Origin: a virus
Taxonomy: Duplodnaviria; Heunggongvirae; Uroviricota; Caudoviricetes
Virus record (IMG/VR): IMGVR_UViG_3300027673_000001
Location: 18,759-82,758 of that record
Reading direction: 5' to 3' (one strand)
DNA length: 64,000 bases
Shown: positions 33,745-43,720 of the stretch, one piece after another
How the letters are laid out: the number at the start of each line of letters is the position of its first letter
Numbering within the stretch: position 1 is the stretch's first letter
Notes under the pieces: generated by a model
What the model saw: only the letters and a program-made list of their open reading frames with translations
Database searches by the model: none
What the model was told of the DNA's origin: nothing
Translations under genes and position numbers: made by a program

Positions 33745-35007
33745 TTAGAAATCTGTTTCGACGTACACAGATGCTATTGACATTCCTATAACAGAAGAAG
33801 TTCCACCTACGCTATTCCATATTTGCCAAGTTAGTAACTGAGTTGCCGATGGTATGTTAGCCAATATAGAAGCAGAGAAATATACGCCGTCGCTAAGTCT
33901 TGTAAATCTAATACCTATTTCTGTTGTTCCTGTAGGTGCCGTAAAAATAGCCAATTCGAATAGTTGAGTATTATCTGCGTACGATTTAGGTATTCCGGTA
34001 TCTATTTTTGTCATAGCCCCTGTACCGTTCCTGTGCATGATTTGAAAGTTTGTGTCTGTACTGTCAGTACCAACGCCTATTCCGTTAGTAGCCCATGTGC
34101 TGGGGTCTGTATCTGAAGGAGCTGCTGTGACACTAGTCATACCTGCCCAAAATCTTCGTGTGGAGTTACTTGCTGAACCCCTACTGGGACCAAATCTAGC
34201 TATGAACGTGAACCCACCGTATGGTGTAGACTCTAGACCTATGTGATATTGCAATGCTGTTGATCTAACTCCCGCCACGGCCGTAGTGGCAGCTGTGGTA
34301 ACAGCGTATTCTAATCTTCTTGTTGCTGTGAGTATGTTTGTTGTCGCTATGTTTGCGGATGTAGCTGTGCCTGATGCAGATACGTTCATACCCAAAGTTT
34401 GAACTGTAGTAGAGTTTCCAGGCGGATTAAACCACCCTACCTTGTTTCTAGCTAGGAGGGGCTGTAGAGCACTATCTAAACCAGAGGGCCCAATAAAAGC
34501 AGGTAATACTCGTCCAGCAATTCTTCTGCCAAATAGCCTAACAGTGTCGTTAGGCGGAGCAGAAACAGTTTCTCTGTAAACTAGATCTAGAGGATCCGGG
34601 GCCGAAGGTGGCGTTACCCAACTTGTATCAAAATCTCCGCTAGAATTTTTAGTTAGAACTTGACCAGAAGTGCCCCCAGTCGGCAGGCCAGCCTCGCCCG
34701 CAGGGGAAGAGGATATTTCAACCCATTGAGAGCTTGTTCCGTCATTGTAGTACGTATTCAGAGTCATGTCGTTTGAGTTGACCCACAAATCTCCTACAGA
34801 AGGACTTCCTGGCGGCGTTTCGGAAATAGTTGTTGACGCGCCGCCTCCGCCTCCGCCTCCGCCAACAGCGACCCAAGAAGAACCATTCCAAACTAATGGG
34901 GCATTTTCTACGGTGCTCCAAACCCAAGAAGAGTTACCTGGGGCGGGCGTAGAAGAACCCGCAGAGATGGCTAGTCTAGGTAATTCTCTAAACGTTAAGT
35001 CTTTCAT
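33745..35007 (-). CDS. tail fibre protein with C-terminal lectin-like domain
   Basis: PP...GDLW...YNDGTSSQW module; GLPTGGTSGQVL motif; beta-rich C-terminus. Confidence 0.72.
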   Translation of the reverse strand: MKDLTFRELPRLAISAGSSTPAPGNSSWVWSTVENAPLVWNGSSWVAVGGGGGGGGASTTISETPPGSPSVGDLWVNSNDMTLNTYYNDGTSSQWVEISSSPAGEAGLPTGGTSGQVLTKNSSGDFDTSWVTPPSAPDPLDLVYRETVSAPPNDTVRLFGRRIAGRVLPAFIGPSGLDSALQPLLARNKVGWFNPPGNSTTVQTLGMNVSASGTATSANIATTNILTATRRLEYAVTTAATTAVAGVRSTALQYHIGLESTPYGGFTFIARFGPSRGSASNSTRRFWAGMTSVTAAPSDTDPSTWATNGIGVGTDSTDTNFQIMHRNGTGAMTKIDTGIPKSYADNTQLFELAIFTAPTGTTEIGIRFTRLSDGVYFSASILANIPSATQLLTWQIWNSVGGTSSVIGMSIASVYVETDF

Positions 35008-35041
35008 TGTCTACCCGTATAACAAATATCAGGTATGTATG

Positions 35042-36727
35042 TTAGCCTATAACTGTTACTCTGTATTGGTTTGAAGTAGGCGCAACAGCAAACACAAAGG
35101 TGGCTGTGTTAGTTGAGGCAGCGATCATATCACAGAACACAACCTCGTTGGTTGATACCTCCCTGACAGACATCACAACATCCTGTGTCCCAAGGTTGTG
35201 AGTAACAGTGATTGAAGTAAGGGAACCGTTACCTATAGTCTGGGAAAACTTTCTTGCGACTACAGAGGTATCAATCGCAATGCTATCTGCCGCTACAGAT
35301 ATACCTGTACCTGCACCTACGTTCAGCTGGTTTCCTGTCTTTGTTAGTCCAGCGCCTGCGTCAATCTGGCCAGCGCCACTGAACTGAACAAACGATAGAG
35401 ACGTAGTACCAAGGGTAATTGGGTTTGCTGTTTGGAGCAGCCAACCGCTGTCGGCGTTCGTGGTGCCTTGCTCAACAAACGTGAACATACCAGAGGTAAC
35501 CTTCGCAGAGGTGTCTGCGTCGGAAGCTCTTACCCAAGTGCCGTTTGAACCAGTACCGAGTGTTTGAACAATGTAGATACCGTTTTGGCTACCAGTTGTT
35601 TGGTTCTTTACCAATACCCTATCGTTAGCTGCTAGGGTGATACCATCAACTGAGTTTGGAGCACCACCTGTCAAGTTTGTGATGTTTGCGGTAGTTGCTA
35701 CCCTTACTGATTCCTTGGCGTCAATACCCTGTCTTGCGTTATCAACTGCTGTGTTCACAAACGCAGTGGTAGCAATCTGGGTAGTGTTGGTTCCTGCCGC
35801 TGCTGTAGGAGCAGTAGGTGTACCAGATAGCGCAGGGGAAGTTGCGAACACCAGTGAACCAGAACCAGTTTCGTCGGATATAACGCCTGCAAGCTGAGCA
35901 GATGTAGTAGCCGCAAACTGTGATAGGTTACCTGAGGTAGTTGCCAGACCAGAAACAGCCCCTGTTGAACCGTTAACGGAGGTTACACCGGAGTTGGCTA
36001 TTGTAATAGAACCAGCACCGTTGGTAATTGTGATACCAGTGCCTTGTGTTAGGGTTGCTTTGGTTAGGGTGTTGCCAGTAGTGTTACCGATGAGCAATTC
36101 ACCGTTGACGTATGACGTCTGTCCTGTACCGCCGTTACCTACAGGAAGAGTTCCTGAAACCTGGGAGCCAAGGGATATGGTGGCATCAGTGGTAAAGGTG
36201 TTTGTGCCTGTTCTTCTTACGAAACCGTTAGTGGAAAGACCCTGTATAGCTGCCAAAGAAGCGTTTAGAGCAAAGGTGTAGATCGGGTCACTGGCTGTGC
36301 CTGTTTGCGTAATCGTGAAACCAGCGGCTGGTTGGTTTAGAGTGACGCTCTGAATGCCTGCGCCGGAAACACCGAGAGTCCTTCTAACACCTGTTGAGTC
36401 AATAAAGGATAGGCTTGAACCATCAAACTCAATGGAGCCTGCGTCCCCTACAACAGGGGTTGTCTTTAGGGGACCACTGGTGAGTTTCAATCCACCCGCC
36501 GTTGTTGTACTACCGGGGGCTGTTTCTATTCGTCCGGTGAATGTACCACCGGACTTGAACATATAAGATTCCCAGGAGCTTACAAAAGTTCTAGTTTCGT
36601 TGGAGCCAGTGTCAAAGTAAGTTTGTCCTGATACGGGAGAACCAGGTGCTGTCGCCAGGTTTTGCAATCTAAAGTTCAGGGACTCTAGTTTGTTGTGGTC
36701 AATGCTCGTTAAGAATTTTTGCGCCAT
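35042..36727 (-). CDS. long Thr/Gly-rich fibre protein
   Basis: AVAAAGT-type shaft segments; KESVRVATTANI...DRVLVKNQT...NGIY domain; C-terminal ITVTHNLGT domain. Confidence 0.8.
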   Translation of the reverse strand: MAQKFLTSIDHNKLESLNFRLQNLATAPGSPVSGQTYFDTGSNETRTFVSSWESYMFKSGGTFTGRIETAPGSTTTAGGLKLTSGPLKTTPVVGDAGSIEFDGSSLSFIDSTGVRRTLGVSGAGIQSVTLNQPAAGFTITQTGTASDPIYTFALNASLAAIQGLSTNGFVRRTGTNTFTTDATISLGSQVSGTLPVGNGGTGQTSYVNGELLIGNTTGNTLTKATLTQGTGITITNGAGSITIANSGVTSVNGSTGAVSGLATTSGNLSQFAATTSAQLAGVISDETGSGSLVFATSPALSGTPTAPTAAAGTNTTQIATTAFVNTAVDNARQGIDAKESVRVATTANITNLTGGAPNSVDGITLAANDRVLVKNQTTGSQNGIYIVQTLGTGSNGTWVRASDADTSAKVTSGMFTFVEQGTTNADSGWLLQTANPITLGTTSLSFVQFSGAGQIDAGAGLTKTGNQLNVGAGTGISVAADSIAIDTSVVARKFSQTIGNGSLTSITVTHNLGTQDVVMSVREVSTNEVVFCDMIAASTNTATFVFAVAPTSNQYRVTVIG

Positions 36728-36737
36728 TTTGGCTTCC

Positions 36738-37040
36738 TTAGTTTAGATACGCTTTACCAGAGAACGCGCCAGAAAATGTAAGCGTAACCTGGTTTTCAGA
36801 GTTGTACTCAACTCCACCTATTACCACTGTTCCTGCAGAGTCAACCACAGTTACGGAAGGGAACTTTCCCATGTTGTGCGTCACTGTCCAAATAGCCTCA
36901 GGCACGGCCTGAGTAAACACAAAAGTATCTGAGTAGTTCTCATATGATGGGTACCACTTTGAATTTTGGAATACCCACCTCTTACCTAAGCTATCTGTGA
37001 ATGTCTGGCCTTCAATAGGCGATGATGGAAAGTTTATCAT
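36738..37040 (-). CDS. small fibre-associated protein
   Basis: FPSSP module plus WTVTHNMGKFPSVTVVD...FSGKAYLN domain. Confidence 0.75.
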   Translation of the reverse strand: MINFPSSPIEGQTFTDSLGKRWVFQNSKWYPSYENYSDTFVFTQAVPEAIWTVTHNMGKFPSVTVVDSAGTVVIGGVEYNSENQVTLTFSGAFSGKAYLN

Positions 37041-37048
37041 ATCACTAT

Positions 37049-40000
37049 TTAAGCATTTATAGAGGCAGCCAAGGCAGCATTTCTAGCTGCTTGGATAGAT
37101 TGAGCTTCTATGGTTTCAAGCCTTTGTGATTCCTCAGGTGTTAGCCCAGACACTCCTGTTTCCAATGTATAAGCTCTTCCATAATCCATTTGCACGCCCC
37201 CACCTCCTGGTCTGATAACGGTTGCGCCGTCCGACCTATAGAGTCTGCCACCAGAAACCAGTATAGGGGCTGTGTTTATGTTCTGAATCTTCATATCAAC
37301 TATGTCCACGTTTACACGATAGTTTACAGTATCCTCGGCAGTCATGCCTCCATGGAAGAACCTTATCCCGTCCTCAGTCATCTGGCCGGAGATATACCAG
37401 GCATAACCTCTCTGAACCGTAGTTACGCCGTCTGGGTCGTCAATGTCTATCTCTACGTTAGGAAAGTCCTCTATGAACTCCAGAACCAAATCGCCATCTA
37501 TGCCGTTGGTGTTGTAAACCACATCGTCTACTTGCTCTGCTAGGATCGACCAACCAGATGAGGTTGCTATCGTTCTGTATTGAACTGGTAGTTTTGCTGT
37601 GGCTCCTGATTGGTAGGCGAGCCTAACTCTAACTACGTCACCAGCCGTGAACGTAGACCCCTCAGGATAGTTAAAAGTCCATGAAGAACCTGAGGAAATC
37701 AAGTTGACAACTTCCGTGTTGGTAGTTTGGTTGAAGACTTGGACCCTAGACCCTGGAACGATATTGTTTATGGATGCGGTTGCTTGTTGAACAACAGGTT
37801 GGACAGTAATCGTACCTGGATTGTTGTTTATAAAATCAACATTCTCAGGAATCAAAATAACGAGAACGCCGCCGCCAGATGTGTTTGAGAATTCTATAGT
37901 ACCAGCGAATGTGGATAACGATAGGTCATACGTTCCTTCTGTAGCGAACCTAAATTCGTTACCATCAAAGGACCCTATGATAGTTCCTGGCGTGTTCCAT
38001 TCTATAGTACCGCCTCCCCAAGTCACGGACCCAATTGTTGGTTGAACAACGGTCCAGTTGTCTGTCAAGGAAAGAAGGTTGCCAGCCCTAGTCCAGGGCA
38101 TTTCTTCTGCGATGTTTAGCACGCCCCAGGCCTGGGAGTAATCATAGAGTTTGTTTAGATTATCGATAGTTCCAGGACCGAAGCTAACTCTTCTAGTGAG
38201 GGCATCAATAGTGGCGCCAGTGTAGGCAGACGCTACTGCTTCTGTAGCTTGGGTGTAGACGTTTACTCTACGAACTGGGTTCGCCTCATCAAAAGTAAAC
38301 CCATAGTGACGAACTTTTGTTACAAAAGGATCTATAGGAACACCATCAAAATATACAACGCCGCCTGCTATAGTCTTTGCGCTTGCTGTAAATGACAGAA
38401 CAAAAACACCATCGTTGTCTGTTGTATTGGTAATTGATATATCAAAAGGTTGCCAAACATCTGGAATTGAGCTCGCTGTAAAAGAAACAGTGGTTTGAGA
38501 CAACCCACTTAGAGATACTGTTGGTAAGTTGCAGTCACCAGAATTGAAAAAAGTAGAATCCATTCTTACAGAACCAACAATCCTTACTGTTTGGCCTGCA
38601 GCACAGAGTATTTGTCTAGTGTAAGATTCTGGCCTATTCAAGACTAAGCTTTGGGCGTAAAAACGCATTGCTAGAGATGAAGAACCGTTTCTAAACAAAG
38701 AGTTTTCTCTATAAGCTTCTGCATTCCTGGTAAAGGTTTGGTGTGTTATTCTGCTTCTTTGTTTGTTTAGAAAGGACCATTTTATTGAGCTTTGGTTTGC
38801 TAGCTCGTTATCGCCTTCAAAAATTGTTATCCCATCAGGAATGATACAGTTATCTACAGTTATATCACATACCTGATTTTGAGAGCCGCCCAACCTTACG
38901 AAGTGGTCTCCACCAAATCTTATCTTGTATCCATAAGTAAAACCGCAGTCACAGTTTTCAAACTCTGAGTTCAAACCAGATGCAGCAACCGCGAGAAAAC
39001 AACCAGAGAAAATAGAGTTTGTTATTTTTCCAAAGCCGTTGAACCCAGTACCGGTACCCAGAGGGACATTGGATATCCAAGCGTTGTTTACAAATTTTGG
39101 TCTGCTGGGCCCCCCACCTTCCCCGACAGTATCAAAGAAAGTACTACCTTCATCTACAAGTGCCACTCCTCCAGAGCCAGAAACAGACGATGAGAATACG
39201 CAGTCGTTTGTTTGCACTAGAGGAAGGTTAGAGCTTAACCACCAAGTGAATGATGATTGGTTATTCAGTGTTGTGCACTTGTTGAGTATTAGTGCTTGGT
39301 TCGGAAATATCTGCCCCACCATGTAAATGGGGGTATTGTTTGCTGCCCAACCTAGGCCAGACCCAAACTGCACATTGTCAAACCTAATATTGAAATCAGA
39401 AAACTGCACATTGAATTCCATACCTGAACGCCAAGCAGAATTGAATGAGCGTATCTTCACGTTAGATTCAAAATTGCAAGCTCTTGAGTTGGCTATGTGT
39501 CTATAAGTCAAAGGTGTGGTGAAGGTTATGATGTCTCCCGCCACGGCGTCTATAACCATTTTATCCGAAAAGTCAAATCCAGTAAGAAGGCCTGTTCCGG
39601 ACCCATGCGCTGGCACCAGCCACACAACATCCCCAGGGCGCCAACCATGAGTGGATGTAGAAAGCCTTATTGAAGATGCGCCCGCTTCGGCGGTTTCTAG
39701 AAGAGTGCAGTTTCTCTCTCTTATGTTTGCTCCCGCCATGGTAATGGTTAAAGATCCGTTGGCAGAAGATTGGTTTGATGAGATAGATCTTAAATCGCCG
39801 GCGGTATCCCTTTTGTTAAGTATGAGCTCAAAAGTTATGCCGTCAGGTATTGGGTCCTGTTCATTTCCAAAATCAATAACAGGGTCTAAGCCGGAGTTCT
39901 GATATAGACCCATAACACCCCTGATAGTTAAGGAACTAGAAACAGTTCTGCTAGCTATCAATTTACCACCGAGGTTGATTGATGAGTTACCAAACGTTGA

Positions 40001-40159
40001 GCCGAAGCTTGCTCCATCTCCCCATGTGTAATGCCCGTCTAGGATAACATCACACCAAGGTTCTATAATGACCTTGTCACCCTCAACAGGCACCACCCCA
40101 CCAACCCAAGTCGCAGGGTCTGAAGCCAATCCAGATTGAAAAGATGTGATTGTCGCCAT
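37049..40159 (-). CDS. large spike/fibre protein: G8-like N-terminus, beta-helix, Ig-like and C-terminal domains
   Basis: QSGLASDPATWVGGVVP...DKVII start; beta-helix-like core; INNIVPGSRVQVF Ig-like domain. Confidence 0.75.
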   Translation of the reverse strand: MATITSFQSGLASDPATWVGGVVPVEGDKVIIEPWCDVILDGHYTWGDGASFGSTFGNSSINLGGKLIASRTVSSSLTIRGVMGLYQNSGLDPVIDFGNEQDPIPDGITFELILNKRDTAGDLRSISSNQSSANGSLTITMAGANIRERNCTLLETAEAGASSIRLSTSTHGWRPGDVVWLVPAHGSGTGLLTGFDFSDKMVIDAVAGDIITFTTPLTYRHIANSRACNFESNVKIRSFNSAWRSGMEFNVQFSDFNIRFDNVQFGSGLGWAANNTPIYMVGQIFPNQALILNKCTTLNNQSSFTWWLSSNLPLVQTNDCVFSSSVSGSGGVALVDEGSTFFDTVGEGGGPSRPKFVNNAWISNVPLGTGTGFNGFGKITNSIFSGCFLAVAASGLNSEFENCDCGFTYGYKIRFGGDHFVRLGGSQNQVCDITVDNCIIPDGITIFEGDNELANQSSIKWSFLNKQRSRITHQTFTRNAEAYRENSLFRNGSSSLAMRFYAQSLVLNRPESYTRQILCAAGQTVRIVGSVRMDSTFFNSGDCNLPTVSLSGLSQTTVSFTASSIPDVWQPFDISITNTTDNDGVFVLSFTASAKTIAGGVVYFDGVPIDPFVTKVRHYGFTFDEANPVRRVNVYTQATEAVASAYTGATIDALTRRVSFGPGTIDNLNKLYDYSQAWGVLNIAEEMPWTRAGNLLSLTDNWTVVQPTIGSVTWGGGTIEWNTPGTIIGSFDGNEFRFATEGTYDLSLSTFAGTIEFSNTSGGGVLVILIPENVDFINNNPGTITVQPVVQQATASINNIVPGSRVQVFNQTTNTEVVNLISSGSSWTFNYPEGSTFTAGDVVRVRLAYQSGATAKLPVQYRTIATSSGWSILAEQVDDVVYNTNGIDGDLVLEFIEDFPNVEIDIDDPDGVTTVQRGYAWYISGQMTEDGIRFFHGGMTAEDTVNYRVNVDIVDMKIQNINTAPILVSGGRLYRSDGATVIRPGGGGVQMDYGRAYTLETGVSGLTPEESQRLETIEAQSIQAARNAALAASINA

Positions 40160-40602
40160 TAGAGTTCAGTTTGAGTGACAGAAGCTAGTGTTCCGTCAGG
40201 ATTATACAGGAAAGTTTTGGTTATTGTACTCTTACCTAATCTGAAGTATTGAGTTTCAGATAACACGCCTGCTGTATAGGTAAAGGTTTTGTAATTACCA
40301 GATGCATAGTCTATTCTGGAAACCAACCCACCGGAGTAGGTGAAAGTAGGGTTGGTTTCCTCTATGGTATCTGAAGGAGCCTGGGAACCTGTTAGAACAA
40401 CCCACTGAGAAGAATCACCGTCGTTGTAGAATATACTTATGGAGAGATCTGTAGAGTCCAGCCATAAGTCACCGTTAGACGGCGCTATAGGTGCTGTAGG
40501 CGAGATGGTTATTTGTTTGGTTCCCTGCAGAACAGTGCTGATGTTCTTTATATCAGCACCAACCGCCTGGGCAAAATCAACCAGCCTACTTTCAAGAGTC
40601 AT
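40159..40602 (-). CDS. fibre-associated protein
   Basis: MTLESRL...GADIK N-motif; GDLW...YNDGDSSQW module; YD-like FTYSGG/FTYTAG/YNPDG repeats. Confidence 0.7.
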   Translation of the reverse strand: MTLESRLVDFAQAVGADIKNISTVLQGTKQITISPTAPIAPSNGDLWLDSTDLSISIFYNDGDSSQWVVLTGSQAPSDTIEETNPTFTYSGGLVSRIDYASGNYKTFTYTAGVLSETQYFRLGKSTITKTFLYNPDGTLASVTQTEL

Positions 40603-41168
40603 AGTTTAGCAGTTTCGTAAACAGTAACGAGGTTTCTATCATAGTCACCTACACCAATATTAGTGCAAGCCTGAAGCTGTTGCGTAGGTGTCAGAGATTG
40701 GGGAGCATCAAACCTAACTCTGTTTGCTATTGATGTTGCAATGGTAGTTGCAAAGCTAGGGTCATTACCCAGGGCGTTTGCGAGTTCTTCCAGAGTGTCT
40801 AGAGCGGCGCCCGCTCCACCTATCAATGTATCTATGCGACCAGAAACATATCCTTCGATCCTGTTTACTGACCAAGTTACCGTTGTTGAACCTGTAGCTA
40901 GGTCATCAATTTGAACACCAAATTCTACTTCTGTCCAGTTCGCATTTAGAATACCACCAATGAGAGTCCAGAACTGTCCGGTACTGTTGGTCCTAACCAA
41001 CATACCTTCTTTTCTTCTATCCGCTGTGATTGCGTCTCTTTCTGCTATGTCAGCAACGGGTCTATACCCACCACGACCATAGATGTCGTCCGTTACCGCA
41101 TATGTGTCTAGGGAATCGGTTGGGGCTATAAAGCCACCAACTCTTACTGATCCTGGAATTGTTGCCAT
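40599..41168 (-). CDS. fibre-associated protein
   Basis: GGYRPVADIAERDAITADRRKEGMLV motif; ALDTLEELANALGNDPSFATT motif. Confidence 0.72.
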   Translation of the reverse strand: MATIPGSVRVGGFIAPTDSLDTYAVTDDIYGRGGYRPVADIAERDAITADRRKEGMLVRTNSTGQFWTLIGGILNANWTEVEFGVQIDDLATGSTTVTWSVNRIEGYVSGRIDTLIGGAGAALDTLEELANALGNDPSFATTIATSIANRVRFDAPQSLTPTQQLQACTNIGVGDYDRNLVTVYETAKL

Positions 41169-41178
41169 TTCTTAGTCC

Positions 41179-42252
41179 TTAGGAAGCTACGATGTTGATC
41201 GCTGCGCCGAGTTGGTTAGTTGTTCTGTAAACCCTATAGTCTGTTGTTTGTCCAAATGCATTGGTAACAGAAACGGTGTATGGAGCCTCAAAAGGAACGT
41301 CCAAGTTTGTTGACTGATCCTTGAATGTTGTCAGCAGAGGGAAAGACAGAGGGGCGGCAATGTATTTGAATGTGCCGGAAGCCGCAGGGAAGGTATATGT
41401 AGCAGAAGCAGAGGTCGCTAGTGTTGAAGTAGCTAGAGCTTCAATTTGAGCTTCTGTCAATGGACCGGCAATGGCACTGTTACCGTTATACCTTCTCCAT
41501 CTCCATTCAACTGTAAGGTCTCTCTGGAATGCGTTTGTTTGGGTGTTGGTTGCTCTGATTCTCCAAACTCTAGTTCCTGGACCGTCTGCAGCGTTTCTTG
41601 TCTGTGCGAGAAGTGTACCAGCAAATGAGCCCGTATTTGCTAGCCCAGTATGAACAGCAGTGCCTACAGGGAACTGAATTTCAATGCTGTTTGGTTGTAT
41701 GTTGGAGGCGTTTGTTGTACTCCAAGTGTAGTTGGGGTTTGCTGGGGTGGTTTGACCTATTTCAAGTGTAGCTGTATAGCCCGTAAAGGAGAAAGCACTA
41801 AAGGAGGGAGCCTGATATGGGTACAATAGATCCGTGAACATTTGCTGCCATGTTCTGTCTAGGAATGTCGTACCTGCGGCTATGCCACCAAGTGTTGTAG
41901 GAACGGGTGTTGCATTAGTGTAAACACCCGCCGCACCAGCAGACAATGTGTCAATAGCGGATTTGAGCTCGTTGATTGCAGCAACGAGGTTAGTTTTAGT
42001 GGAAGTATCTAGATCTTCGAGCTCCCCAATTTCGCCTTCGAGCTCGTTGATTGCAGCAACTAGGCTTGTTTGTGAATCCGTGTTAAGAAGAGCCAGACTA
42101 CCCTGGTTACCAAGAACTTCGTTGATTGCAGCAACTAGGTTCGTCTTTGTGGTTGTGTTGAGTGAAGGAAGATTACCTATGGCTATTGTTAGGTTCTTAA
42201 TGTCCTCACCGATGGCTGTAGCAAGAGCTACTAACCTAAGTTCAAGTGTCAT
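41179..42252 (-). CDS. fibre protein with LVAAINE repeats and Ig-like C-terminus
   Basis: Three LVAAINE repeats at exact 75-bp spacing (41971, 42046, 42121). Confidence 0.75.
   Translation of the reverse strand: MTLELRLVALATAIGEDIKNLTIAIGNLPSLNTTTKTNLVAAINEVLGNQGSLALLNTDSQTSLVAAINELEGEIGELEDLDTSTKTNLVAAINELKSAIDTLSAGAAGVYTNATPVPTTLGGIAAGTTFLDRTWQQMFTDLLYPYQAPSFSAFSFTGYTATLEIGQTTPANPNYTWSTTNASNIQPNSIEIQFPVGTAVHTGLANTGSFAGTLLAQTRNAADGPGTRVWRIRATNTQTNAFQRDLTVEWRWRRYNGNSAIAGPLTEAQIEALATSTLATSASATYTFPAASGTFKYIAAPLSFPLLTTFKDQSTNLDVPFEAPYTVSVTNAFGQTTDYRVYRTTNQLGAAINIVAS
41967..42140 (-). repeat. three 75-bp-period coding repeats (core gttgattgcagcaac)
   Basis: Read directly from the sequence. Confidence 0.85.
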
Positions 42253-42255
42253 TTC

Positions 42256-42771
42256 TTACGCCTTTGCTAAAATGTAATAAGCCAGGGGGTCCACAAGGAG
42301 TTCTGGGTTGAAGAGTTTGCCGTCTGTTCCGGATGTCAATCTATTATCTGGGTCTCCAGATAGAAGCATCGTTGTAACTTGAGCAGGAGTGAGTTCTTCG
42401 CTCAACCCAACCCCTGGTGAAATTCTACCTATTATTCTGTCTGTATCTATACCGTCTAGATTGGGAACAGAACCACCTATTGAGATGGTGTTCACTGCCT
42501 CCCATCTTTGGGTGCTTTCGTTGTATCTTAAGAAACTTCCGTCATCCAGAGCTACTAGATCAACATCCCTTAGGTCGGCAAGTCTTTCTGCTTCTGCTCT
42601 GTCTAGTTGAACTGTTCCACTAGGTACGTTATTCGTGATGTTACCCAGAGAGGCATCAGGTGGGTTAACCACCACAACCACATCTGGGTCAACAACAGGG
42701 CCTGTTACGACAGTAGAACCACCAGGGATAGACGAGCCTGGCGGCACACCATCCAATACTATGGTGGTCAT
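42256..42771 (-). CDS. fibre-associated protein
   Basis: LADLRDVD...DGSFLRYNESTQRW motif; C-terminal DPLAYYILAKA. Confidence 0.7.
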   Translation of the reverse strand: MTTIVLDGVPPGSSIPGGSTVVTGPVVDPDVVVVVNPPDASLGNITNNVPSGTVQLDRAEAERLADLRDVDLVALDDGSFLRYNESTQRWEAVNTISIGGSVPNLDGIDTDRIIGRISPGVGLSEELTPAQVTTMLLSGDPDNRLTSGTDGKLFNPELLVDPLAYYILAKA

Positions 42772-42774
42772 GTA

Positions 42775-43509
42775 TTACTCTTCTAGTCTTGCCACTTTTG
42801 CTTCGAGCTCTTTGATGGCTTCGATGAGGACAGCTATGATACCTGAATAGTTCACAGTAAGGTCACCATCCTTTTCACCTACAACGAGATCAGGAAGAAC
42901 AGTCTTGAGCTCTTGAGCGATGACACCATAGGACTTGGTGCCGGTATCTTTCCAGTTAAAGGATACACCCCTTAGGTTTTTCACAACATCCAGAGCTCTA
43001 GGAACTGTATTGATGTTTTCCTTGAGCGTGGCATCAGAAGATTGAACAACCACTGTTGATGTAAGAGTTCCTGTTGATGGGTTGTAGAACAGCTTAGTGC
43101 TTGAAACTCTAGCCGTCTGCATAACACCTGTAGTCTGGTTGTTCGAGAGTACAGGGAAGAAAGTGTTGGCGTTTGTGGTTGTATCGTTAGATAGAACAGG
43201 AATAGGTACATCTGCTGCTGCCAATTGTTGACCAGCAGTTGCTCTACCGTATTGGTCAACTGTAACCTTGGTGTATGTACCTGCAGATACGCCGGAGTCT
43301 GCAAGGGAGAGAGTTCTGTTTGCTGTCAGGTTACCGCCGCCCGTAAGCCCGGCACCAGAAATAATCTGTCTGGAGAATAGAGTGGAAGTATCGTTTGCCA
43401 GACCTTTGAAGTTGGCATCAATCTCAGCCCCAGTCAAGAAAGAACCCTTTAGGGTGTCGGACCCTGGGAGCGTAGGGTTTAGGGAAACTCGATAGGTGAT
43501 GAAAGCCAT
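42775..43509 (-). CDS. tail fibre with C-terminal intramolecular chaperone (peptidase S74-like)
   Basis: SDATLKENI, GVIAQE, VNYSGIIAVLIEAIKEL. Confidence 0.88.
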   Translation of the reverse strand: MAFITYRVSLNPTLPGSDTLKGSFLTGAEIDANFKGLANDTSTLFSRQIISGAGLTGGGNLTANRTLSLADSGVSAGTYTKVTVDQYGRATAGQQLAAADVPIPVLSNDTTTNANTFFPVLSNNQTTGVMQTARVSSTKLFYNPSTGTLTSTVVVQSSDATLKENINTVPRALDVVKNLRGVSFNWKDTGTKSYGVIAQELKTVLPDLVVGEKDGDLTVNYSGIIAVLIEAIKELEAKVARLEE

Positions 43510-43510
43510 G

Positions 43511-43720
43511 TTAATCCTTGTTGTCTATCGTATTTATGATTTGCTGTAGCATTTTCTTTATGGAACCAACATCTTCTTCAAGTTTTTCGAGTCTGCTGGC
43601 TCTTTCTTGCTCTGCTCTCATCCTCGAGAGTTGGGCATCATTCTTTACGACAATACCACCATTGGGAGAGCGAAAATGACCGGGCAGTTCCTGCCCGTCT
43701 TTGTTGACTATGGGTATCAT
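43511..43720 (-). CDS. small conserved virion-associated coiled-coil protein
   Basis: 69 aa; [17 protein letters not shown]...[15 protein letters not shown]; follows the large structural gene. Confidence 0.7.
   Translation of the reverse strand: MIPIVNKDGQELPGHFRSPNGGIVVKNDAQLSRMRAEQERASRLEKLEEDVGSIKKMLQQIINTIDNKD
43531..43538 (-). promoter_or_regulatory. late promoter variant CATAAATA for the fibre operon
   Basis: Inside the last codons of the 69-aa gene; SD AAGGA follows. Confidence 0.6.
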
